From a virus: 64,000 bases of DNA. Under the pieces are notes generated by a model. That model ran no database searches. It was not told the origin of the DNA and saw only the letters and a list, made by a program, of their open reading frames with translations. Made by a program: the position numbers and the translations under genes. This document shows positions 1 to 9,131 of the stretch, piece by piece. The stretch lies in the IMG/VR virus record IMGVR_UViG_3300045988_147927, positions 32,001-96,000 of that record, one strand, 5' to 3'. Each line of letters starts with the position of its first letter. The first letter of the stretch is position 1.

Positions 1-2
1 CC

Positions 3-524
3 ACTTATGAAGTTCAACGTACCAATAACTTTAGGTTTATCGTTGATTTAAGTGAGTTTTCTAATAATACTTCTTCCTCTAGTGGTGATATTATCGAGTT
101 GGCTTGTGATAGTACAGGTTTACCTACCGTATCTAATGACCCTATTGAGTTAGATTATGGTAACTCTCAAATCAAAGTAGCTGGTAAAGCTACAACTGAT
201 GATATTACTGTTGCAGTTAAAGACTTCATTGAGCCTGATGTTGAAAACATCTTATGGCAGTGGAGGATGAAGGTTTATAACCCTAAAACAGGTAAAGTTG
301 GTTGGGCAAATAACTATAAACGTACTTGTATGATTGTTCAATATGGGCCAAATGGTGAAGTATTGAGGAAATGGCAATGTGATGGTTGTTGGCCAACAAG
401 TCTTGATTTAGGTGAGCTTGACTATTCAAGTGGTGATAAAAAACAAATTAGTATGAGTTTGTCTGTAGATACTGCATATCTTGTAAGGGATGGACAAAAT
501 ACTCATATTTATGGTACTGATTAA
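3..524 (+). CDS. Contractile-tail tube protein (T4 gp19-like family); 5' end lies upstream of the window
   Basis: The frame is open from the window edge (TYEVQRTNNFRFIVDLSEF...) into listed ORF 99..524. The C-terminal pattern W.CDGCWPTSLDLGELDYSS..ISMSLSVD resembles gp19-type tube proteins. A terminator follows, then the chaperone and tape-measure genes. Confidence 0.6.
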   Translation, partial: TYEVQRTNNFRFIVDLSEFSNNTSSSSGDIIELACDSTGLPTVSNDPIELDYGNSQIKVAGKATTDDITVAVKDFIEPDVENILWQWRMKVYNPKTGKVGWANNYKRTCMIVQYGPNGEVLRKWQCDGCWPTSLDLGELDYSSGDKKQISMSLSVDTAYLVRDGQNTHIYGTD

Positions 525-537
525 TAGTATCGTTTTT

Positions 538-569
538 AGAGATGTAACATATGTTACATCTCTTTTTTG
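538..569 (+). terminator. Rho-independent terminator
   Basis: Perfect 13-bp inverted repeat AGAGATGTAACAT/ATGTTACATCTCT followed by TTTTTT. Confidence 0.8.
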
Positions 570-631
570 TGTTATAATACTAATATAATATTAATATTAA
601 TATTATATTTATGTTTAATAAGAGGTGTATT

Positions 632-871
632 ATGGAAGAAAAACAATTAGAGGATTATCAAGTTAGGTTTATCGACGAGTATCGCACGTTATGTGAAAGG
701 TGTTCTAAACTACATAGTATATTAGTTAAGTATGACGCTGGTACATTAGACTTTTCTCCTAAATGTAGTTCTGAGTTGCTAAGTAGTCAGTTAGAGTATA
801 TGGAAGGTTATAAGTATATTCTAGAGGTTAGGGCTGAATTAGAAGGTATTGACTTGTCTAAGTATATGTAG
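632..871 (+). CDS. Small helical hypothetical protein (resembles the crAss001_48-type family by eye)
   Basis: RBS AGAGGTG lies 4 nt before ATG 632, an internal start of listed ORF 611..871. The family call is from memory of similar small phage proteins and is not verified. Confidence 0.5.
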   Translation: MEEKQLEDYQVRFIDEYRTLCERCSKLHSILVKYDAGTLDFSPKCSSELLSSQLEYMEGYKYILEVRAELEGIDLSKYM

Positions 872-880
872 TATATTATA

Positions 881-1009
881 AGTATAACCGTGGGACACAT
901 GGGGATAGCCTATTGTCTGGTTGTAAGACTCTTTTAACATAGTATTAAAAGAGCGAACCGTTGGGTAGGAACCTCACTGACTTAATTAAAAGTCAAGAGA
1001 GGATGTCAG
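881..1009 (+). ncRNA. Orphan copy of the IStron 3' tail (omega-RNA scaffold-like / transposon right end) with no tnpB
   Basis: Aligns end to end with 10229-10359. Shared blocks are GGACA.ATGGGGATAGCCTA.TGTC, TGTAAGAC, TTGGGTAGGAAC and GAGAGGATGTCAGA. Two hairpins between the blocks differ in sequence but remain hairpins. Confidence 0.55.
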
Positions 1010-1070
1010 AAAGTGTATATCTTCTCTGATTATCTGCCTTTTACTATTAATAGATATAACACTTAGTAAA

Positions 1071-1106
1071 ACACACTTCTATGGTTTAAATAGAAGTGTG
1101 TTTTTA
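1071..1106 (+). terminator. Rho-independent terminator
   Basis: ACACACTTCTA / TAGAAGTGTGT stem followed by a T-run. Confidence 0.75.
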
Positions 1107-1268
1107 TATATGTTAATGTAAGGGGTTTACATTTTTTGTGATATGTGTTATATTTTTGGTGGGATATTTTTTAGTAAGTGTTCCTTTCTTTTGGGTAGAT
1201 ACATTTAAGCGTATTTGAGCATATTTTAATCCTGTTGAGTAGTTTGATATATTTTTTGCTCCTTTCTT

Positions 1269-1304
1269 GCAGTTGACACATTGGTTCTGTGTCAACTGCT
1301 TTTT
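1269..1304 (+). terminator. Rho-independent terminator
   Basis: GCAGTTGACACA / TGTGTCAACTGC 12-bp stem followed by TTTTT. Confidence 0.75.
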
Positions 1305-1544
1305 ATTTTGTCATTTTATAGATTGTTTATATTAAATGTCTTATTATAGTTAGTATAAATAGTTATATTTGATATATGTTCTCATTTTTATTTCAGATAG
1401 TTATTATATATAGTTAATCTTGTTATTAATAATATATAATAAATGTGTAAGTACTCAAAGATTCCAGTTCTACATTATACCGTATTGCTAATTAATATAC
1501 AAAGGATATGTAAGGTAGTGTCATATTTAAGTAGAATGGGGGAA

Positions 1545-2024
1545 ATGTCTTTGAATATTATTGAGATGCTTTCTGTTCTAGGTATGAATATCAGTATAAG
1601 TGATGTTTCTATGGCTACGATTTTACTACTAACTATCATTCAGATATCACCAATAGATTTTAATCCACTATCTGTGATTTTATCTATTATAGGTAGAGAA
1701 TTAAATAAAGAGGTTATAGATAGGGTTGAAAAAATTGAAAAGTTAGGTGAGTCTAATAGTAAGGAGTTAGTTAAGTTGTCTTATGACATATCTGAGACTA
1801 GGGCAATAAATTCACGCTCTAGGATTTTGGAGTTTGATGATGACTTATTACATAATGTAGCAAAGTCAAGAGAGAGTTTCGACCACATTATGCTTGATAT
1901 AACTTATTATGAGCATTTTTGTAGGAGGTATCCAGATTTTCACAACCATATAGCTGATATAGCTACATCACATATAGTAGAGACATATAAGAGTAGATTG
2001 TCTAGGAATGATTTCTTAAAGTAG
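1545..2024 (+). CDS. Membrane protein with a conserved prophage-type C-terminal domain (hypothetical); cassette-like insert in the tail operon
   Basis: Hydrophobic N-terminus (LSVLGMNISISDVSMATILLLTIIQI). The C-terminal motif RILEFDDDLLHNV..SRESFDHIMLDITYYEHFCRRYPDF resembles proteins seen near lysis genes of Firmicute prophages. The start is uncertain (ATG 1536 or 1545, with GGGGG just upstream). Confidence 0.5.
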   Translation: MSLNIIEMLSVLGMNISISDVSMATILLLTIIQISPIDFNPLSVILSIIGRELNKEVIDRVEKIEKLGESNSKELVKLSYDISETRAINSRSRILEFDDDLLHNVAKSRESFDHIMLDITYYEHFCRRYPDFHNHIADIATSHIVETYKSRLSRNDFLK

Positions 2025-2040
2025 ATGAGGTTATATGGAG

Positions 2041-2074
2041 AGTAGAGTTAGGGTAAATACTAACTCTACTTTTG
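2041..2074 (+). terminator. Rho-independent terminator
   Basis: AGTAGAGTTA / TAACTCTACT stem followed by TTTT. Confidence 0.65.
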
Positions 2075-2162
2075 TTGTTATATGGGGTTATATTATTGTA
2101 TATAAATAATTTTAGTAGGAATACTTTAGATATTTTATTTAATACGTACAGAAGAGGTTTAT

Positions 2163-3113
2163 ATGGTTCAAGAGAATACATTTAGTTTAGGTTCTGATGT
2201 TTTTGGTGATAATAATAGTGGTGTTGAAAGAGTAGATGTTATTAACAAAGATGTTAGAGTAGATGATTTAGGTGTTAGGGAAGATAAAAAAGACATGGTA
2301 GAAAACAATACAAAAGTTGATACTATTGCAAGAGATTTAGATAGGGAAGATATGTCAGCTGGTTCTAAGAAAAGTAAATTAGATTATGAAACAACAGTTT
2401 TGTTACCATCTAAAGGGATTTTATATAGAGAGGACGGTATACCTGCTAATATTACTTTACGTGGTATGACAACTCGTGATGAGAAGATTATGTATGCTAG
2501 TCAGGGTGCTGATGTATTTAAAAAGATTCTAAGGAATTGTATTGTTTCACCTGAGAATATTGATATTAATCGTCTTATTAGTGCTGATGAAATGTTCTTA
2601 ATTTTGCAGTTAAGGATGGTAACTTTTGGTGATAAATATAAAGTACGTTCTACTTGTCCTCATTGTGGTGCTGTAGATGAGCATGAAATTAGTTTGTCTG
2701 ATTTTGAGACTTTATATTTAGATGATGATTTCACAGAGCCTATTAAAGTTGAGTTACCTCGAAGTGGGGATGTTATTTCTTTACGTTTGTTGCGTAACTC
2801 AGATACTGAGTATGTTGAAAAATATGCTAAAAGGTTTGCTAAACAATTTAATCAGAATTATAAAGAAGTGTTGTATATCTGTAGGATGGCTAAGTATATT
2901 GTTGCTATTAATGATAAACCAGTAGATTTCATTGATGCTAGGTCTTATGTAGAAAATATGTTATCTATGGATAGTGCTAAAATGCAGTCTGTTATTGGTA
3001 GTATTATTGTAGGTGTTGATACAACTGTAGAACATGAATGTACTACTTGTGGTGAGTATTACGATTTTCAAATGCCTATTACGAGTGAGTTTTTTCGTCC
3101 CACAATTAAGTAG
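2163..3113 (+). CDS. Tail assembly chaperone-like protein with two CxxC pairs (zinc ribbon)
   Basis: Lies between the tube and tape-measure genes. Contains CPHCG ... CTTCG. An overlapping downstream frame fits the G/GT-type arrangement. Confidence 0.5.
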   Translation: MVQENTFSLGSDVFGDNNSGVERVDVINKDVRVDDLGVREDKKDMVENNTKVDTIARDLDREDMSAGSKKSKLDYETTVLLPSKGILYREDGIPANITLRGMTTRDEKIMYASQGADVFKKILRNCIVSPENIDINRLISADEMFLILQLRMVTFGDKYKVRSTCPHCGAVDEHEISLSDFETLYLDDDFTEPIKVELPRSGDVISLRLLRNSDTEYVEKYAKRFAKQFNQNYKEVLYICRMAKYIVAINDKPVDFIDARSYVENMLSMDSAKMQSVIGSIIVGVDTTVEHECTTCGEYYDFQMPITSEFFRPTIK

Positions 3114-3369
3114 TTATAATACTGAAGAAGAGAATAAAGTTGCTAGGGAGATTCGTTTTTCCGCATTTAGGGTTCTCATGAAAGAGGCTTTTCAGTTAGC
3201 ATATTTTGGGAGAGTTTCTTATGAGTCTGTTGATAATATGAGTTCTTTAGAGAGAAGAACTATGTATCAATTATTAGTTGAGCAGAAGAAGGAAGAAAAG
3301 AAAGCACAAGATGAGGCTATTCAGAAGGCTAAAGAGAATAAAGGTTCTCGTAGGCATAGAAGGAGGTAG
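3094..3369 (+). CDS. +1-frame extension of the chaperone (candidate frameshift product)
   Basis: The T6 run at 3090-3095 (GAG TTT TTT CGT) allows tRNA-Phe to slip from TTT to TTC. The +1 frame then reads VPQLSSYNTEEENKVAREIRFSAF... and is open to 3369. There is no convincing independent start before ATG 3178. Confidence 0.4.
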   Translation, partial: FVPQLSSYNTEEENKVAREIRFSAFRVLMKEAFQLAYFGRVSYESVDNMSSLERRTMYQLLVEQKKEEKKAQDEAIQKAKENKGSRRHRRR

Positions 3370-3398
3370 CCTCTTTCTTTTATATTGGTGGTTTGTAT

Positions 3399-6300
3399 AT
3401 GGATGAAGCAAAGAATAAAGAAAATCTAAATAAACGTATACAAAAGATAGAGCAAAAAGAGGCTAAAAGGGTTGAAAAGCAGATTGCTAAACGTGAGCAA
3501 CGTTTTTCTAAAATGCTAGACAATCAGATGAATATGCTAGAGAAGTTCTATGAGACTTCTAATAAGAAAACAAAGGATAGACTTAGTAGTGGGTTACAGA
3601 ATCAGCAGACAATCTTAGAGGATAATTTGTCTGATATGAAGAGAGAGTTCAACTTATATGCTAAGTATATGGACAACAGTACTCGTAAGTATTATAAGGG
3701 TATGATTTCTGTTGCTGATGAAAATTTACAAACAATGAAAGACACAGTATCTAAGCGTTTTGGTGAAATGACTGATGATATTGAAGATGAGATTGTGGGT
3801 ATGACTGATTCTATCTCTGATAGGGTGAAGAGGTTTACAAAGGATATTAGAGATGCCGCTATAGCTTTGGAATTAACAGATGTTGCTGACAATGTTAAAA
3901 GTCAATTAACAGACATTACAGACTCTTTTATTGACAATTTTAGGGAACGTAGTGCTATGTATAATGGCAACATTACAAAAGGCAGTTATCAAAAAATGAT
4001 AGGTAGTGTTGTGGATTCATCATATGCTATGAGTAGGTCAGAGGCATCTGAGCTTGTAAATTCTGTTATGGATGAGATGTCTATGAAAACGGGTGAGCAG
4101 TTAGAGCCGTATTTGAAAGAGATATCAGCGTTACATGCTTCTATAGATGCTAATATTAATGATATGACTGGTATTATGAGAGCAGATATAAATTCAGGGG
4201 CTAGGGGTGCTATATTTAAGAGTATTTCTAATATAGCGACTGGACTTGGTTCTGATACGAATTTAACTGTTGATAGTAATGCTATGTTATCTTCTATGAA
4301 TGAGCATATTGAGGACTTATTTAATTTGTCAAAAGGTGATTCTAAAAAATTCACAGGTATGACTAAATCATTGGCTACGATGGAAGGTATTCAGCAACAA
4401 GAATATAATAAAGGTGTTGAGGAAGCAGGGGGCAAGATTGTAGAGTGGTCTAAAATGTCTGTTCCTGAACTTCTTAAAGATGATGATTTTGTCCATTTTA
4501 CTGCTTTGAGTGGCATGACTGCACAAGATTTCAGAGATAATATTGATAGTGGTAATGCTGATAAAGTCATGATGGCTATGCAAGATACGTTGAAAGATGT
4601 AAAAAATGACCAGTTCGCTTTGAATCAACGTAGAGAGATGTTAGGGTTTAGTTCGGATGCTGTTGCGATGGCTTTAGCAGATGAGGATAGTTTAGCTGAT
4701 AACTTGAAGAAAGTTACTGATAATATTAATGCTAATGCAGATAAGACTGGTTCAAATGCTGAAAGTATGGCTGGTAAGTCTACAGGATTCGTAGAAAAAA
4801 TTGGTAATTGGTTGTCTGATTCATTCCCAGTTAGGTTGGTATCTGATTTCTTTAGTCAGTTAGATGTTAAAGCCGCCAACTTAGCAAATTACGCTATTAT
4901 AGCTTATACCGCCGCTAATGCGTGGGGTAATGTAAAAGGATATTTCAATAGTTTTAAAGGAATATCTAAAGGTTTTAAAGGGATGGGAACATTCTTTGAA
5001 AAGGGAGGATTAAAGAGGGTATTCAGTTCTAAAGGTGCTTTAAGTGGTGCTATAGAGAGTGGATTATCTTCTGTGTTTGGTAAGACAGGAGGTTTTTTCA
5101 GTAAGGTATTTGATGGCTTTAAAGGTGTGTTTTCGTGGGTAGGTAGAGTATTCTATGCAAATGCACCTGAGGGGATAATAAGGGCTTTATCTAAAGTTGG
5201 TTCTAAATTATGGAAGCCTTTTTCTGATTTCTTTGGTACTATTTTCTCTAAAATAGGTAGTAGTGGTATTGGTAAAATATTCAGTAAGTGGTTTGGTGGG
5301 GGAATATTTAAAGTCTTAGGTAAATTTATACCAATCATTGGTGGATTTTTTGATGTTATATTAGACTTCTTTGATGGTTTGAATAATGTTGATAAATGGT
5401 TTGGTGAGAATCATAGTCTATTTGATACTATTATGAGTGGATTAATAGGTTCTATTTTTGGTACTGGTAGTGGTGTTCAAGGTAAGGATTTCGTGAATGA
5501 TTTTCTCACTGTTTTGGCTGGTGCTTTTAAAGGTGGTGCAGCTGGTTTCGCAGTAGGTGGGCCTATGGGTGCCTTGGTAGGTGCTATTATAGGTGCTATT
5601 GCTAATGCTATTGGTGGTGACAGGATTGCTAATGCATTTAATGACTTCAAAGATAGGATTATAGGTATTTTTGATGGTATATTTGATGCTTTACATGATT
5701 TAGTAGCTGATTCATGGGTTGGTAAGTTGTTTGGTATGGAAAAGACTAATCCAGATGCTACAACTTCTGATAATTTAGGGACTATATTTAAGGGTGGTTT
5801 AGAGTTAAATCCATTTTTAGCACCAGCGATGGCTGTATATAATAAGATGACTACACCTATTGATGATAGTGATATAGGTTCTCATGCCGATGGTTTATCA
5901 AATGTACCTTATGATAATTATTTAGCATATTTACATAAAGGTGAGGCTGTTTTAACTGCTAATCAAGCTGGTGCCGTTAGGTCTGATGGTGGTATTGATG
6001 TTGGTAATAGTGGTTCTTTGATTAATGCTTTAGGGCTAAATGGTGAAATAGGTCAAGGACGTTCTGTATTTGAGAAAGTGTTAAGAGGTGTTTTTGGTAT
6101 CACTGGTGAGGATACGTATGGTGTAGGTGGTCTTTTTGGTACTATACTTAAAAACTTATTTAATATTGGTAGTGATGGTATAGGTGGTCTTTTTGGTGAT
6201 GGTTCTTTATTAGACAAATTAAAGTCATTGATTGGTGGTAGTGATTCTTCTTCATCAGGTGGTGGAAAGGGTGCCCCTATGTCTACTGGTAAAGGTGATT

Positions 6301-7070
6301 CTAAGAAGGTGTGGGATTTCTTAGCTGGTAAGGGGTTTTCTGCTAATGCTATTGCTGGCATTATGGGGAATTTACAGGAAGAGAGTGGATTCCGTAGTGG
6401 TGCTATTGAAGGTGATATGGGGAAAACAAATGAGGATTTACTTAAACAGATTACTGCTAGTAAAGATGCATTTTTGGCTCATCAAGGTGGTTTTGGTTTA
6501 GCACAATGGACAAGTGATAACAGAAAATCTGATTTATGGGATTATGCACAGTCTAAGGGTAAGAGTGTTGCTGATTATGATACTCAGTTAGAGTTCTTAT
6601 TTAAGGAATTAAAAGAAAATTATTCTGATACTTATGATGCTTTAATGAATGGTAGCATATCTTTAGAGGAAGCTTGTACAGTATTCGGTGATAAGTATGA
6701 GGGTTTTGGCGCAAATTCAGCCGCTAATAGGTTAGCTAATGCTAAACAAGTATATCAAGATAGTACAGCTACAGCAGGTAGTGGAAAACCTCAATACGCT
6801 CAGGGTACACCTTGGGTACCTGATACACAGGTTGCTTTAATTCACGAGGGAGAGATGGTAGTACCAGCTGATGTAAACCCACTTAATACAACTACAAGTA
6901 CAACAACTGTTTCAGATGAAGATGGTAGTGAAAATGTAGTAGACGCTATAAAGTGGCAAGTTAGTAGGTTGGAGGCTAAGTTTGATATATTAATTAATAT
7001 ATTATCAGGTGGCTCTAGTACTAGAGGTGTTAGTGGTAGTACTTCAGTCGATAATTTGTTGAGAGTGTAA
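3399..7070 (+). CDS. Tail tape measure protein with a C-terminal phage tail-tip lysozyme-like domain
   Basis: About 1220 aa. It has a coiled-coil N-terminus, a glycine-rich hydrophobic middle, and the motif NAIAGIMGNLQEESGF..GGFGLAQWT typical of tail lysozyme domains. Confidence 0.9.
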   Translation: MDEAKNKENLNKRIQKIEQKEAKRVEKQIAKREQRFSKMLDNQMNMLEKFYETSNKKTKDRLSSGLQNQQTILEDNLSDMKREFNLYAKYMDNSTRKYYKGMISVADENLQTMKDTVSKRFGEMTDDIEDEIVGMTDSISDRVKRFTKDIRDAAIALELTDVADNVKSQLTDITDSFIDNFRERSAMYNGNITKGSYQKMIGSVVDSSYAMSRSEASELVNSVMDEMSMKTGEQLEPYLKEISALHASIDANINDMTGIMRADINSGARGAIFKSISNIATGLGSDTNLTVDSNAMLSSMNEHIEDLFNLSKGDSKKFTGMTKSLATMEGIQQQEYNKGVEEAGGKIVEWSKMSVPELLKDDDFVHFTALSGMTAQDFRDNIDSGNADKVMMAMQDTLKDVKNDQFALNQRREMLGFSSDAVAMALADEDSLADNLKKVTDNINANADKTGSNAESMAGKSTGFVEKIGNWLSDSFPVRLVSDFFSQLDVKAANLANYAIIAYTAANAWGNVKGYFNSFKGISKGFKGMGTFFEKGGLKRVFSSKGALSGAIESGLSSVFGKTGGFFSKVFDGFKGVFSWVGRVFYANAPEGIIRALSKVGSKLWKPFSDFFGTIFSKIGSSGIGKIFSKWFGGGIFKVLGKFIPIIGGFFDVILDFFDGLNNVDKWFGENHSLFDTIMSGLIGSIFGTGSGVQGKDFVNDFLTVLAGAFKGGAAGFAVGGPMGALVGAIIGAIANAIGGDRIANAFNDFKDRIIGIFDGIFDALHDLVADSWVGKLFGMEKTNPDATTSDNLGTIFKGGLELNPFLAPAMAVYNKMTTPIDDSDIGSHADGLSNVPYDNYLAYLHKGEAVLTANQAGAVRSDGGIDVGNSGSLINALGLNGEIGQGRSVFEKVLRGVFGITGEDTYGVGGLFGTILKNLFNIGSDGIGGLFGDGSLLDKLKSLIGGSDSSSSGGGKGAPMSTGKGDSKKVWDFLAGKGFSANAIAGIMGNLQEESGFRSGAIEGDMGKTNEDLLKQITASKDAFLAHQGGFGLAQWTSDNRKSDLWDYAQSKGKSVADYDTQLEFLFKELKENYSDTYDALMNGSISLEEACTVFGDKYEGFGANSAANRLANAKQVYQDSTATAGSGKPQYAQGTPWVPDTQVALIHEGEMVVPADVNPLNTTTSTTTVSDEDGSENVVDAIKWQVSRLEAKFDILINILSGGSSTRGVSGSTSVDNLLRV

Positions 7071-7090
7071 TGTTTGGGGGTGTTTGAGTT

Positions 7091-7687
7091 TTGGCAAATG
7101 ACTTTAGTTCTGACAAGTATTCTATGTCAGTTGGTAAGAGTGGGGTTACTACGATGCAGTGGAATCCCACTCAAATCGTACCTTGTTACATTGTAAATCT
7201 TGTTACAGGTATGAAGATTAATTTTGCGACTCTACCTACAGATGTTTCTGAGGATTACTCTGCTAGTTTCGGTTCTCAGCAACCTATGGGTAGGTCATCT
7301 CCATATTTTAACTATGAAAATAGTGAGGCTAGGACAGTTTCTTATAGCGTTACATTGCATAAAGATATTGTACCTGATATGGAGAATGTTGTATTAGAGT
7401 GTAAGAAGTTAGTCTATCCTAAGTATACTGGTAGTTTAGTTACACCGCCTTATTGTTATGTGAGGTTTGGTGCTATGATAAATATGACTGCTATAGTCAA
7501 TTCAGTTAGTGTTGAGTGGGGTGGTGCAGCTGGAACTATATTAGGAGATACTTTGGATAGTGAGTCTTTAGGGGGAAATAGTTCACCTACATATTCTGAT
7601 GTACAATTAAGTTTTAGTTTTACTGAATTAAGATTACGTTCCTTAATGCAAGCTGATAATGTATTTGACGAAGGGCCAGTAAGGTAG
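7091..7687 (+). CDS. Baseplate-proximal structural protein (tube-initiator / Mu gp43 N-terminal-like, tentative)
   Basis: TTG start 10 nt after GGGGG. Lies directly after the tape measure. The motif ATLPTDVSEDYSASF..GRSSPYFNYENSEARTVSYSVTL supports the tentative call. Confidence 0.45.
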   Translation: MANDFSSDKYSMSVGKSGVTTMQWNPTQIVPCYIVNLVTGMKINFATLPTDVSEDYSASFGSQQPMGRSSPYFNYENSEARTVSYSVTLHKDIVPDMENVVLECKKLVYPKYTGSLVTPPYCYVRFGAMINMTAIVNSVSVEWGGAAGTILGDTLDSESLGGNSSPTYSDVQLSFSFTELRLRSLMQADNVFDEGPVR

Positions 7688-7696
7688 GTGATTTTT

Positions 7697-8053
7697 ATGC
7701 ATAAACCGTCATTAATAAAAACAGAAATAACACAGTCTTTTACAAGTAGACAGGATAAAATATCTCGATATTCTAAATTAAAGAGGTTAGTTAATCTCAA
7801 TGGTGATACATATATAGAAACACCTAACAAGTTTACAATAGAGGAGAGTAATAGGGATATTTACTACTCTGTTGAGAAAGGTTTTGAGGATAGATTAGAT
7901 TTAATATCTAATAAATTTTATGGTACACCGTTAATGTACTGGGCAATAGCTGTTATGAATCATATAGATAACCCTTTAGATGTTCCTGTAGGTGTTGTGT
8001 TGAGGATACCAGCCATTGAGTCCATTTACGATACAGGGGTGATTCAAATTTGA
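7697..8053 (+). CDS. LysM-like tail protein (gpX/XkdP-like)
   Basis: The motif RLDLISNKFYGTPLMYWAIAVMNHIDNPLDVPVGVVLRIP fits a LysM-type pattern. RBS AGGTAGGTG precedes ATG 7697. Confidence 0.55.
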   Translation: MHKPSLIKTEITQSFTSRQDKISRYSKLKRLVNLNGDTYIETPNKFTIEESNRDIYYSVEKGFEDRLDLISNKFYGTPLMYWAIAVMNHIDNPLDVPVGVVLRIPAIESIYDTGVIQI

Positions 8054-8533
8054 GTGATTACAAAGATAGTCTTATTACTAGAAATTTAAGTCCTCATCAG
8101 CCTCTATATGCTTTTATAGATTTAAGTATTGATGGGCATAATATATCATATTTCGGTAATAAAGAATTTAATGATTCAGTAATTAGTCTTAATGTGGAAA
8201 GAAAAGGTACTTCTAATCAAGATTTAGCTGGTTCTACTTTTGATATAGAGTTGTATGATGATACTGCTTTAAGAATAGAAGAGCTGTTAGCGAATACTAT
8301 ACCAGCAGGTTCAAATTTTAAGACCGCTAAAGAGTTGAAAGATACTGGTAATAAGGTTACTGATGGTAATATCGAGTGGAAACAACAAGAGGAAGCTAAG
8401 AAAAAAGAGCAGGCAGAGAAGGATAATACATATACAGAGGAAGATGAAAAGAAAGACCCTAATCATAAAGCAGGCACTAAAAAACAGTCTGGTGGTGCAA
8501 CTCAGTCTGGAAATGTTAGGTGTAAATATGGAT
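8050..8533 (+). CDS. Baseplate hub protein, exon 1 (the exon end is approximate: 8533 or 8541)
   Basis: TTG start after AGGGGTG. The ORF reaches a stop at 8542-8544 just inside the intron. The position between the LysM protein and the gpV spike supports the hub call. Confidence 0.6.
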
Positions 8534-9035
8534 GGTGTGATTAAATGTGCTACATATATTCATAGTTATAGTTATGAATAGGTATGTATATAGCACGTAT
8601 AGTCCATACATCTAGTGATAGGTGTGTGTCGAGTGGTAACACTCGGAGATTCATTGAATTGCTGGAAAGTCCTAAAGCTCAATTAACTACAACGTGATAT
8701 CTAATAATATGATATGAGCGTGAATGGTAGCGAAAGCAGAAAAAATAATTGAGATGGTATAAGGTGAAATAAAAGCTATATCACATATGATATAGTCCTA
8801 AGTACTGAGATAATGGACAATCAGCAGCCAAGCACGTAAGTGAAGGTTCAACGACTATCCTGTGAAGGAGTACGGCTCTAGTGAGTGGGTGAGAATCCCT
8901 TAAATGGAAGTGGTGAAGGTCTTTCAGATAGAAAGATTAAGATATAGTCTGTGCCTACATGAAAGTGTAGGATGCACGTAGTGGTGCTGGCTAGAAGTAG
9001 CGATTCTAGTTGAACGAGCATCCTCTCATAGAGAG
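8534..9035 (+). ncRNA. Group I intron catalytic core (P1-P9)
   Basis: Internal guide candidate GTCCATA (8602-8608) pairs with exon TATGGAT (8527-8533), ending in a U.G pair. P2 is CGAGTG-GTAA-CACTCG (8630-8645). Core blocks: P AATTGCTGGAAAG 8657-8669, Q AATCAGCAGCC 8819-8829, R GTTCAACGACTATCC 8846-8860, S AAGATATAGTC 8939-8949. The GCAGCCAAG.C..AAGT stretch resembles the Tetrahymena intron. Confidence 0.75.
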
Positions 9036-9131
9036 TTTTATGGTTTTATATATATTGAAATTAATCTCCTTTTGTAGTACATTAATAATATAATGTTTAT
9101 TGTTAATGATACGAAAGGGGGTGTAAATCTC

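Noticed and set aside
1113-1295. The 60-aa minus-strand ORF could be a moron gene.
   Set aside because: Its TTG start lies inside the stem of a +-strand terminator hairpin, it has no RBS, and every other gene is on the + strand. The interval is kept only as possible non-coding RNA.
3692-6361. Minus-strand ORFs inside the tape measure gene (3692-3892, 3989-4354, 4368-4628, 5153-5338, 6053-6361)
   Set aside because: They are antisense to a long, well-supported CDS, have low-complexity translations and no RBS. They are typical shadow ORFs.
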